A stretch of 64,000 nucleotides of DNA from a virus (taxonomy: Duplodnaviria; Caudoviricetes). Shown here in pieces: positions 47,674-56,839 of the stretch (position 1 is its first letter; each line of letters opens with the position of its first letter). Where the stretch lies: positions 1 to 64,000 of IMG/VR virus record IMGVR_UViG_3300021426_000063, one strand, 5' to 3'. Position numbers and translations under genes: made by a program. Under the pieces are notes generated by a model. That model saw nothing but the letters and a program-made list of their open reading frames with translations, ran no database searches and had not been told where the DNA came from.

Positions 47674-50018
47674 ATCCTTTTCTTTAATTCATTACCAATT
47701 CGTTCAACAATTCCACACACAAGTGCATTACCCATCAGAAACCCTCTCTTTTTGTCAGTAGTACCCTCTGTATGATTATCTGGGAACATCTGTATCCTTT
47801 CCAGTTCAATGGGCACTAAACGCCTTAATTTGCCTGTTTCTGGGTCTTGTATAATATGTGTAAATCTGTTTGATACAATAGACACCTCACTTGTGATTAA
47901 TGTCCTTGCTGGTTTATCTAATGGGTCAGGAAATGCCATACTTCCCTCTGTGTACATATACTCATGTCCATCCTTACTGGTCCTGGGTATCTGCTTCGGA
48001 CCCTTGGCATACTTCCACTTCTCAACATCATCATTAGATAAATAATAATCTTCTGTAATATACTTCCTGTCATCTCCTTTCACCAGGATATCTCCAAGGG
48101 TTGTATATGGTCCAGAATAATCAGGAATGAGTTTATCTGTATATATAACCCCATCAATGACAACACCACCATTCTCAAATGGATTGGAAACAACATTACC
48201 CTTATTGAAGTTATCAGAGAGATAAACAAGGTCTGTATTCAATCTTCTTCCATCAAGACCCCACAATCCCTGATCTACATTGGGTTTGACAGGAAATGCC
48301 TTTGCCAATACACCATCTATATACAACCAGGAATCAGGAGAGGAAATCTTGAACTCACCTTTCAGAAATGCAAAGATGAATATTCTTCTTCTCTTCTGTG
48401 GCATACCATATTCAGCAGCATTGATAACCCTCCATTCAATGTTATATCCAAGGTTTATCAATGATTGGAGAATAAGTGCAAAATCCCTACCCCTTTGTTT
48501 GGATGGGGAGATAATCATCCTGTCCACATTCTCAAAAAGAAGGAACTTTGGTTTTTCCTTCATTTCAGAAAGAAGTCTGATGACCTGCCACCAGAGAACA
48601 CCTTTCTTTCCCTCAATACCAAGGGATTTGGTTTTATTCCTGGCAACACTATAATCCTGACAATTATGTGTTATACAATGATTTGCAATAAATGAATGAC
48701 TTTCATCTACTTCAATATCATACACAGGTTGTTCAATATATTCTTCAATCTTTGAAATTGGATACCAAATATATCCATCCTCATAGAAATATGTTGAATG
48801 AACAGGTTCAGAAAATCTATATTTTAATTGATAAAAATTATTCTGATTTACAAGTCTACCTTCTATTATCTTTTCTTCTGGAACTTTACATAATGACAAC
48901 ATTGTTGGTTTATGATATACCTTCTCAACACAATGTGCAATGCCATATAAAAGTTCCTTACTAACAGATGTAAACTGGTTATATATTCCTGTTACACATC
49001 CATCACTATCTTGATATCCTTTTAGTAACTGTTCAAGAAGATTTATAGGTAAATCAAATACAAATCCTGGTAATCTCTTTGTTCTTGCAGAATGTTCTTC
49101 TCCTGAATAAAATTGTTCACAGAAATGAGCAAGTTCTATATCACTAAATATAAAATTATATGTTGTTGTATTTTCAGCAATAGTATAATGATATTTATCT
49201 GATATTTTTGATGCAAATTCATCAATTTCATCTTTACCACAACAAATACCAATACCATTATATTTGTATCTGTGTTCACCTTTCTTCTGTTGCTTTCTCA
49301 ACCAACCATCTCCAAGAAATCTGCCAACAATATACCATAAATTTTCATCAGTCATATCCAAGTTACAATGTGTTTCCGAAACAAACTGATTTTTATTTAT
49401 GGTTAATCCTCTCCATTCTGGAATAATACTGTTTTGATTGATTGCAGATCCCATATAGTAATCCTTATAACAATCTTTCAGGTCATCAACAGATTTCCAT
49501 TCTGGTTGTGAGAATGATTTTATATATACAGGTTTTCCTTTTAATCTTGTACTTCTTTGTATCTTTTCCCGTACAAGAAATCTATGGTTTCCTGTTGCCT
49601 CAATAGTATCAAATCCACTTGCCTTAATCTTATAAGTTTGTTTGATACCTTGATTCATAAATTTATTGACTCTATGATACTGGTTATCATGTCCAAGTAC
49701 CATATCACCCTCTTTAACATCTGTGATATACTTATATCCATCAGATGTCAACACAAAGGTATTCCCAGACAAGCAAGGAAATCCACCAACCATAAGATCA
49801 GCTTCCAAATCCTTACCAGAAACCTTGCAAATATCATCATTTATCAATAAGTCATTTGGAAATCTCTTCCTGTATATATTGGCAGCAAACTGGTCTTTGG
49901 TACCAGGTTCCCACTGGTTGGCCAAAACACACTTATAGAATCCATTGCCTGCTCTGTCAAAGCCAACATGGAATCCACCAACACCAGCAAATAATTCTAT
50001 GTATCTACACTCTTTCAT
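47658..50018 (-). CDS. Full-length C5-cytosine methyltransferase of the M.Sau3AI type (likely GATC), intein-containing
   Basis: ELFAGVGGF, ANQWEP, GGFP|CQDYSVAR, GIEGKKGVLWW, ENVDR..SPSKQRGRDF, QKRRRIFI, ARTLITSE, RRLVPIELER, MGNALV. Confidence 0.9.
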   Translation of the reverse strand: MKECRYIELFAGVGGFHVGFDRAGNGFYKCVLANQWEPGTKDQFAANIYRKRFPNDLLINDDICKVSGKDLEADLMVGGFPCLSGNTFVLTSDGYKYITDVKEGDMVLGHDNQYHRVNKFMNQGIKQTYKIKASGFDTIEATGNHRFLVREKIQRSTRLKGKPVYIKSFSQPEWKSVDDLKDCYKDYYMGSAINQNSIIPEWRGLTINKNQFVSETHCNLDMTDENLWYIVGRFLGDGWLRKQQKKGEHRYKYNGIGICCGKDEIDEFASKISDKYHYTIAENTTTYNFIFSDIELAHFCEQFYSGEEHSARTKRLPGFVFDLPINLLEQLLKGYQDSDGCVTGIYNQFTSVSKELLYGIAHCVEKVYHKPTMLSLCKVPEEKIIEGRLVNQNNFYQLKYRFSEPVHSTYFYEDGYIWYPISKIEEYIEQPVYDIEVDESHSFIANHCITHNCQDYSVARNKTKSLGIEGKKGVLWWQVIRLLSEMKEKPKFLLFENVDRMIISPSKQRGRDFALILQSLINLGYNIEWRVINAAEYGMPQKRRRIFIFAFLKGEFKISSPDSWLYIDGVLAKAFPVKPNVDQGLWGLDGRRLNTDLVYLSDNFNKGNVVSNPFENGGVVIDGVIYTDKLIPDYSGPYTTLGDILVKGDDRKYITEDYYLSNDDVEKWKYAKGPKQIPRTSKDGHEYMYTEGSMAFPDPLDKPARTLITSEVSIVSNRFTHIIQDPETGKLRRLVPIELERIQMFPDNHTEGTTDKKRGFLMGNALVCGIVERIGNELKKRIWQPI
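48663..49775 (-). mobile_element. Intein (371 aa) with a LAGLIDADG homing endonuclease, inserted in MTase motif IV
   Basis: Starts CLSGNT, ends VYDIEVDESHSFIANHCITHN before Cys+1; internal YIVGRFLGDGW and LLKGYQDSDG blocks. Confidence 0.93.
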
Positions 50019-50029
50019 AATTAACACCT

Positions 50030-50112
50030 TAAATATAACAAAAATAATTTATGGCCCATTTGTATATTATTAAAAAAATAAAGAACATAAAACAATTTAT
50101 TTGTTATTTTTA
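50030..50112. promoter_or_regulatory. Divergent early-type promoters
   Basis: TTGTTATATTTA (minus, 50030-50041) and TTGTTATTTTTA (plus, 50101-50112). Confidence 0.6.
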
Positions 50113-50138
50113 TTTCATAACCATTTTATTCATGCCAT

Positions 50139-50852
50139 ATGGAAGTTATATTAGATGAATTGACACCATTGGAGTTCTTCAACCATGGTGGAATTGTAAA
50201 ACTTACTGTTAATGATGAACTGGTCAAAGAGTGTAATGTAAAGAAGAAATACACATTCTTTGACTATAAGACTTATGTCAGGTTCTTTAAGAATCTGTAT
50301 ATGACTTATCTACACAACCATCAGGATGAGAGTACATTTGATCTGTACAATCATGTGAATGAAGGACTGGAAATCAATCCGTCTATTGGTGTTTCCCAAT
50401 ATGTGGTTGACTTGAAGTATGACCAGGTAAAGTCTTATGAGACTGCCAGATTCTACTATTCCAATGACAGAAGAGATACAGATGTACAACCAAGAGATCC
50501 TTATGGTATTTCCAATGTCTGCTTCTCTCTTGTTGACAAGGATGACACCAGATGGGATGAGTATGAGAAACAAAGACTCAAAAGAGGGTTTGATGATTCA
50601 GAAACCTGGAATCTTGATGCTACAATTTCAAAGTTCATATATCCAAGACTTAAAGTATTCATTGATGATGTAAAAAGACTTGAATGTCATCCATCAAGTA
50701 TCCCATTTGATACCTGGGTTGATATCCTTGAAAGAATGTCAAAAGGCTTTGAAATTCTTTCACAAGATAATGAAAGAACAGAAGATGAAACAAAAGTCAT
50801 TGAAGAGGCACTTGACTTATTCAGACAATACTTTCATAACCTTTGGACTTAA
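50139..50852 (+). CDS. Hypothetical phage protein
   Basis: RGFDDSETWNLD..I..FI.PRL..F...W..IL..M..GF...LW. Confidence 0.75.
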   Translation: MEVILDELTPLEFFNHGGIVKLTVNDELVKECNVKKKYTFFDYKTYVRFFKNLYMTYLHNHQDESTFDLYNHVNEGLEINPSIGVSQYVVDLKYDQVKSYETARFYYSNDRRDTDVQPRDPYGISNVCFSLVDKDDTRWDEYEKQRLKRGFDDSETWNLDATISKFIYPRLKVFIDDVKRLECHPSSIPFDTWVDILERMSKGFEILSQDNERTEDETKVIEEALDLFRQYFHNLWT

Positions 50853-50879
50853 TGTTAAACAATTAAATATCAAAAAATT

Positions 50880-51239
50880 ATGAACTTATTTCAATTAATT
50901 ATCGCTGTTTCAGTTGTTGTTTATGTACTCTCTTCACTGTATTTTGCCATTACCGGAAGAATACTTACTAAAAAGAAAGAACAGAAGGAAGATAAAAGGT
51001 ATGAACAACAACACACTGTTGAAAATCAGATTGATGTCCTCACACAAAGAATTGGAGCAATCACAGCAGAGAATGACAGACTCAATGCAGTTGTGAGAAG
51101 TTGGATGGCCCAGGCAAATGACTACAAAATCAGACTTGACACTGCTCTGAAGGAAAAAGAAGAATGGGAGAAAGAGGCTAATGATTTACAAGAACAGTTA
51201 AAGAAAAAGAAGAAAAATTCAAAGAAAGGGGATGAGTAA
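50880..51239 (+). CDS. Membrane-anchored coiled-coil protein
   Basis: N-terminal TM helix followed by a coiled coil. Confidence 0.7.
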   Translation: MNLFQLIIAVSVVVYVLSSLYFAITGRILTKKKEQKEDKRYEQQHTVENQIDVLTQRIGAITAENDRLNAVVRSWMAQANDYKIRLDTALKEKEEWEKEANDLQEQLKKKKKNSKKGDE

Positions 51240-51280
51240 TCATCTCCTTTCTTCATAAATATAGTATATGATTTTTGTAT

Positions 51281-52840
51281 ATGAGCACATTAACAACTAA
51301 CATAATAAGGAATGTGTATAATATGGGTACTGGCGCTTGCGATGCTGGTACACAATATTGTACAGATGGTTATTCCCTCTACTTTCCTTGTCTGAAGGAC
51401 ATTACAAAAGGTCAAGGTGTGTGTTTTGACTTCTATGTTGCTGACAACACAACACATGAACCAATTGATTTAAGAAGAGTGGATGCCATCTCATTGAATC
51501 TCAATGGACAGTATAATTGTAATTATGGTACATTCTCTTATCCAGACAACATCTCATCTCTCCAGACAGAAAAGTATCCTGTTGTGTACAGAAATGATTT
51601 TGGTGAAAGGAAACCTTGTCATTTGAGTCTCTTTATGATTGATATTGAAAATAATGATGAATCAGAGACTTATAACACCCAGGAAGGTGATTTCTATTCT
51701 GGAACAGAGGTTGAACTTGGTGCATTTGACACACCAACACATATCTTCTTGGGATGGGCATTAATGAATATGGATGAAGATGATGATTGCCCGGGAGAGA
51801 GTTGGTATGACCAAATCATCAGTACATCCAATATCTACAAATTCACAATCAAGGAAGACACCATCATATTGGCACTTTACAGACCAAGGAGAAAGTATAA
51901 TGTAATATCTGACCCAACTAATAAGTCATCTCATTTTAATGTTGATTATGACCATATTGTCTATCACATTTCCAACAGGGATGAAGAGATTTTCAATGAT
52001 GACTATGATGTACTTGAAGGTGTATTGGAAGGATACAGTATGGTTATCAAGTGTATTCCAAGTACAGATGTGATTGGTGACAGTGTTGATTTCACCTATG
52101 ATTTTGTTGAATGGAAAGACAAGAACACATCCAGATGTAGATTATTGAAGATTGGTTCAGATACACTTCCATTTGAAGATGGAAACATCATAAAACTCAA
52201 AGCAAGATGTGATGGACCTGTACCTTACCATAATATTGAGGATGTTGATATATTCTATAATGATGAGTTTGATGAAGAAGGTATCCATATCCTTACTGAA
52301 CCATCAGAGGTTGATATCTTTGATTTCTATGGTGATGGTGTCCACATCAAAGAGTCAGAAGAGGTTTATCAGAAGTTCATAGATGAAACAGGTTATCTAT
52401 ACTTCCACTTTGGAACACTTGTACTCTCATCAGAAGGAATTGAAGATGGTATCAAGATTATTCTCCATGCAAAGGCAGATGATTACTGTGAATTCAATAT
52501 AACTGTAAATGGTTATACAATGAACCAGGTCATCTCAACAGATGAGTTCAAACAGTATGAGTTCTACTATAACAAATGTGAGAAATCAGACATCACAATA
52601 ACTGTATATGGTGAATGTCTTGTTGATATGATAGAAGTATGTAGAGAAGAGATTATTGATAAAGGAAAAGCACAGTTCTGTCTTGACCCAGAAACAACTA
52701 TCAATCTCCCATCTGGAAAAATATCTGTAGATGGTGCCATTTCAGTTGATGGTAGTTATTATGGTCTTCCATCAACAGAGATTGGTCAGGTGAACAGATT
52801 ACCAAAGATAATTATAAAAACAGATCCAATATATGAATAA
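51281..52840 (+). CDS. Probable structural protein
   Basis: CATAAATA at 51254-51261; acidic, beta-rich sequence. Confidence 0.65.
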   Translation: MSTLTTNIIRNVYNMGTGACDAGTQYCTDGYSLYFPCLKDITKGQGVCFDFYVADNTTHEPIDLRRVDAISLNLNGQYNCNYGTFSYPDNISSLQTEKYPVVYRNDFGERKPCHLSLFMIDIENNDESETYNTQEGDFYSGTEVELGAFDTPTHIFLGWALMNMDEDDDCPGESWYDQIISTSNIYKFTIKEDTIILALYRPRRKYNVISDPTNKSSHFNVDYDHIVYHISNRDEEIFNDDYDVLEGVLEGYSMVIKCIPSTDVIGDSVDFTYDFVEWKDKNTSRCRLLKIGSDTLPFEDGNIIKLKARCDGPVPYHNIEDVDIFYNDEFDEEGIHILTEPSEVDIFDFYGDGVHIKESEEVYQKFIDETGYLYFHFGTLVLSSEGIEDGIKIILHAKADDYCEFNITVNGYTMNQVISTDEFKQYEFYYNKCEKSDITITVYGECLVDMIEVCREEIIDKGKAQFCLDPETTINLPSGKISVDGAISVDGSYYGLPSTEIGQVNRLPKIIIKTDPIYE

Positions 52841-54128
52841 AATATTAAAAAGAGATGATTTCATCAGTGAGGTGTATACACCAATGATGGAAGAGAAAGA
52901 ATATGAGGAACTTGTCTCAATCAATGAAGGTCTTTTAAAGAACTTATTTGGAATGGTGAAGAATATGTTCAGAGGAGACTGGAATACCATAAAGGGTGAA
53001 CCAGAAATCATCAAAGTATATAAAGAGATTGATGATAGTCTTTCTGGATTCACAATTATGAAATTGAGTAAGAAAGATGTATGTAACAAGGTCCGTCAGG
53101 TACTTGTTGACTTTGCTTGTGATTGGTATGACCTCAAGATGAACAAGGCAAAGGAAAGTGGTAATGACCCAACACCAGCAAGGTCTATGAACTTCAAGAA
53201 TGATACATTAAGAGAAAATCTTGCAGCATGTGAAAAGAAAATTAAGGATATTATTGGTGAAGATGAACAGATGAAAAAATGGTCTAATACACTCATGTCT
53301 GAAATGAAGACTGTTATCAACAGGTCAATCCTTGATGATATTAAGAATGAAGAGACAAAGAAAGAGGTTCAAGAAGATATTGATAATTCTGCAAAGAAGA
53401 GAGATGAAGTAAACAAGGAAATGGTAAAGTGGCAGAAGAATCAACTTGAACAGATTCAGAAAGAAAGAGAGACACTAATTACAAGTTTTGATGCGACTCC
53501 TGAAAAAGGTGATACATCTGGTGATAAGGAAGTTGCTAAACTCTATGCTTTATTTAAAAATGATGATAAAAATAAATTTATTGAAGCAGCATCAAATGAT
53601 AATCTATTAGGATTTAATAGTATTTTTAAGAAAAGTAATGGTTCAAAGGGTATAGATATTGGTGATAAATCATATAATATGCTGAATGGTATATATAAAA
53701 AGATGAATGATGACATTAATATGTTTAAAGAAACCCCAGCACAATCTGTACAGGCAATGTGTATTGCAATCAATAATTTTGTAAAATTGTGTAATTCAAA
53801 GAATATGACTGTTAAACCATTACAACTTGAATTGATGGCAAAATGTGCTATATGTTCAGATGGTACAATAAGTTATAATCTTCCTCTTAATGGAAAAGAA
53901 GGAGATGATGTAGGTAACTATTTCACAGATATTGTTAAAAATATTATTAGTGATAAGATTAAATCATCCAAAAATGAGACAATAGAAGTAACACAAAATT
54001 TCAAAGATAATGCAAATAAGTTATCAAAACAGATTATTGATAAAGCAGAAGAATTGAAGAAAGAAGCAGATGAAAAATATAATAAAGCATTGAAATCATT
54101 GAAATCAGAAAAAGAAAAGGAGAGTTAA
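52833..54128 (+). CDS. Helical protein, candidate internal head protein
   Basis: N-terminus ILKRDDFISE...SINEGLL; in a late operon. Confidence 0.65.
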   Translation: MNKILKRDDFISEVYTPMMEEKEYEELVSINEGLLKNLFGMVKNMFRGDWNTIKGEPEIIKVYKEIDDSLSGFTIMKLSKKDVCNKVRQVLVDFACDWYDLKMNKAKESGNDPTPARSMNFKNDTLRENLAACEKKIKDIIGEDEQMKKWSNTLMSEMKTVINRSILDDIKNEETKKEVQEDIDNSAKKRDEVNKEMVKWQKNQLEQIQKERETLITSFDATPEKGDTSGDKEVAKLYALFKNDDKNKFIEAASNDNLLGFNSIFKKSNGSKGIDIGDKSYNMLNGIYKKMNDDINMFKETPAQSVQAMCIAINNFVKLCNSKNMTVKPLQLELMAKCAICSDGTISYNLPLNGKEGDDVGNYFTDIVKNIISDKIKSSKNETIEVTQNFKDNANKLSKQIIDKAEELKKEADEKYNKALKSLKSEKEKES

Positions 54129-54143
54129 TTAACTCTCCTTTTT
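54114..54143. terminator. Bidirectional terminator overlapping the two convergent stop codons
   Basis: AAAAGGAGAGTTAATTAACTCTCCTTTT palindrome. Confidence 0.8.
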
Positions 54144-54461
54144 TGTTGACCTTCTTGTAGTTTGTGGTGCTTCTACTGTTGGTTGAGGTTGTGGTTGAGG
54201 TTGTGGTTGAGGAATCACACTCTCATAGTTTGTGGTTGCAAGATAAAGTAGATATGCATCCTTCAATGTGTAAACTCCCTTCTTTTGTCCAAGAGCAGCA
54301 ACCTTTGACAAGATTCCAAATGCCTCAACATATGCAGTATTGTTTGCCAAAGCATCAAGTGCCTGTTTAGCATAATATGCTTCATCCAGTGTCAATACAC
54401 CATTCCTCTGGGCAATTTCAGCACCTTGTTTAAGGACATTAATCCTTTCCTGTAGTTCCAT
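54129..54461 (-). CDS. Hypothetical protein with a (PQ)n tail
   Basis: Internal duplication GVLTLDEAY/GVYTLKDAY; PQPQPQPQP; promoter at 54485-54496. Confidence 0.7.
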   Translation of the reverse strand: MELQERINVLKQGAEIAQRNGVLTLDEAYYAKQALDALANNTAYVEAFGILSKVAALGQKKGVYTLKDAYLLYLATTNYESVIPQPQPQPQPQPTVEAPQTTRRSTKKES

Positions 54462-54527
54462 AATCTTTCAATTCATTATATATCTAAATATAACAAAATA
54501 TCCATAAATACTATAAATAAGAAAATA

Positions 54528-56009
54528 GTGTCTATGATAAATAAAAACACACAACAGACAACACAAATTTCATCTGGTATAAAGTCTGAATCAACAATCT
54601 ATTTAAAGAAGAGTGAACTTCCAAAAGACATAAGTTCATTCAGAAATGATGTTGGTTATATCTCCACATCTGCACTTGGTGTATGGATGAAGGAACATTC
54701 ATATTTAACAAAGAGTGAAATAAACACTCTCATCAAGAATGCTAACCTTGTGGTTGTTGATTCCATCAACAAATCTATGGATGATGATGCCATCAGTAGA
54801 CTCAATGATGATATAACAAACATCAAGGGTGAAATTGTTGCAATCAAAGACAGACTCACTGATCTTGATATAGAGTTCATACCATCAAGTAAAGAGTCAA
54901 AATTTGCAACAAAATCAGAACTCAATACTCTTTCAGGTAGAGTAAGTGAGATTGCCAGACTCATTCCAGATGATATAGATACATCATATTTTGCTACAAA
55001 GGATGAGATTCCTACAAAGGTATCTGATTTGGAGAATGATGCACACTATCTTACTGAACACCAGTCATTGGCCAAGTATGCCAAGAAGTCTGAAATTCCT
55101 GATGTATCTGGATTCATCACAATAGATGATGTTCCTTCAACAGAAGGTCTTGCATCAGAGGAGTGGGTGAACTCCCAGGGATTCCTCAAAGAACATCAAT
55201 CTCTTGTCAAATATGCAAAAAAGTCTGAAATTCCTGATGTATCTAACTTTGTTACAAAAGATGAGATTCCTTCCATAGATGGAATTGCATCAGAGGAGTG
55301 GGTGAACTCCCAGGGATTCCTTAAAGAACACCAGTCTCTTGCTAAATATGCCAAGAAGTCTGAAATTCCTGATGTATCTAACTTTGTTACAAAAGATGAG
55401 ATTCCTTCCATAGATGGAATTGCATCACAAGATTGGGTGAACTCCCAGGGATTCCTTAAAGAACACCAGTCTCTTGCTAAATATGCCAAGAAGTCTGAAA
55501 TCCCATCATTGGATGGATATGCAACACAGACCTGGGTAGAAGAACAAGGATACTTGAAGGAGATTGGTAATGATTATGCCAAGAAATCAGATCTTGATGG
55601 TTTTGTTTCAAAGACATCTCTTTCTGGTACATTGGGAGATTATGCAAAAAAGAACTCTGTTTATAATAAGACACAAATAGATAATACATTCCTTTCAAAA
55701 GAAGATGCATCTGGTATCTATCCTACAAAGGAATATGTTGATGAAACTTATCTTTCAAATCTTGAAGCGGCAAAGAACTACTTGAAAATCGAAGATTATA
55801 GAGGATTGAAGGATGCGACAGTCATCAATACAGATTTCAGGGAGAAAACCCTTGAAGAATTGAGTGATACTCTTGAATCATCTTATTTGAGAAATGGATT
55901 CTACATTGTTCATTACAATGATATAGTTATCATAAAGGACAATAAGATTGTCCAGATGTTTAAAGATGGAGTTCCACAAACAGTTATTGAGTGGGAAGTT
56001 GAAGAATAA
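54528..56009 (+). CDS. Fibre-like repeat protein (probable tail or head fibre)
   Basis: IPTKVSDLENDAHYLTEHQSL-type repeats; CATAAATA at 54503-54510. Confidence 0.7.
   Translation: MSMINKNTQQTTQISSGIKSESTIYLKKSELPKDISSFRNDVGYISTSALGVWMKEHSYLTKSEINTLIKNANLVVVDSINKSMDDDAISRLNDDITNIKGEIVAIKDRLTDLDIEFIPSSKESKFATKSELNTLSGRVSEIARLIPDDIDTSYFATKDEIPTKVSDLENDAHYLTEHQSLAKYAKKSEIPDVSGFITIDDVPSTEGLASEEWVNSQGFLKEHQSLVKYAKKSEIPDVSNFVTKDEIPSIDGIASEEWVNSQGFLKEHQSLAKYAKKSEIPDVSNFVTKDEIPSIDGIASQDWVNSQGFLKEHQSLAKYAKKSEIPSLDGYATQTWVEEQGYLKEIGNDYAKKSDLDGFVSKTSLSGTLGDYAKKNSVYNKTQIDNTFLSKEDASGIYPTKEYVDETYLSNLEAAKNYLKIEDYRGLKDATVINTDFREKTLEELSDTLESSYLRNGFYIVHYNDIVIIKDNKIVQMFKDGVPQTVIEWEVEE
55056..55510 (+). repeat. 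135-bp (45-aa) tandem repeat, about 3.3 copies
   Basis: EHQSLAKYAKKSEIP units start at 55056, 55191, 55326 and 55461. Confidence 0.9.
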
Positions 56010-56060
56010 TCAAATTTTTTGTTATTTTTATATTTGATTATTTTTAAAGTTTTAGTAGTT

Positions 56061-56549
56061 ATGATTGAGATTGTAGATTTTAGGAAAACATCAGGAGAAA
56101 AAGTCAAAGATCTTGTACAGTATGTACAGAATTATGTACATGAAAACCCTAACATCGATGTTATGATTGGTACTGATTCACAGACCAAGGGGCAGAAGAC
56201 TTATTTCTCCACTGTTGTTGCATTGTATGATCATGGTGATGGTGTTCATGGTCATGGTGCTCACTGTATCTTTAAGAGATGGTCAACACCAAAGTACAAG
56301 AAAGAACAGAGGTTTGATAGACTACTTAAAGAAACAGAAGAAAGTATCAAGGTTGCAAAGGATTTGAGGAATTGTGGTATCAAGATTAAGTTTATTGATA
56401 TTGACATCAATCCAGATCCAAAATATAAATCAAATGAGGCATTTGATGCTTCTTATGGTTGGATAACTGGAGAAGGATTTGAGTGTAGATGGAAAACACT
56501 TGGAGCACTTATCACATCATTTGCTGACTGGTTGGTAAAAAGAAAATAA
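56061..56549 (+). CDS. RNase H-like YkuK/DUF458 protein
   Basis: VMIGTDSQ, STVVAL, GAH, RLLKE...SI, IDIDIN, SN, ADW; promoter at 56019-56030. Confidence 0.78.
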   Translation: MIEIVDFRKTSGEKVKDLVQYVQNYVHENPNIDVMIGTDSQTKGQKTYFSTVVALYDHGDGVHGHGAHCIFKRWSTPKYKKEQRFDRLLKETEESIKVAKDLRNCGIKIKFIDIDINPDPKYKSNEAFDASYGWITGEGFECRWKTLGALITSFADWLVKRK

Positions 56550-56572
56550 CACAAAATAAACAACATAACAAT

Positions 56573-56776
56573 ATGAAGAGTTTTAAAAAAGATTTGGAAA
56601 CCTTTGAATATGATTCAAGGAATCTACCATCAGAACACAAATGGGATCATCTTGCTTCTGAGGAAGAAACAAAGAAATTCTATGAGGCAAAGGAAAGGAT
56701 TAACTTTTCAAGAGTAAAAAGAAATAGAGTTCAGTCTGACCCAGAGACAACAGGTCAACATGGTACAATGATCTAA
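56573..56776 (+). CDS. Hypothetical protein
   Basis: Packed ORF followed by hairpin 56775-56805. Confidence 0.6.
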   Translation: MKSFKKDLETFEYDSRNLPSEHKWDHLASEEETKKFYEAKERINFSRVKRNRVQSDPETTGQHGTMI

Positions 56777-56839
56777 AAGAGAGAGGTATTACCTTTCTCT
56801 TTTTTCATAAATACATTATAAATAATAAAACATAACAGA

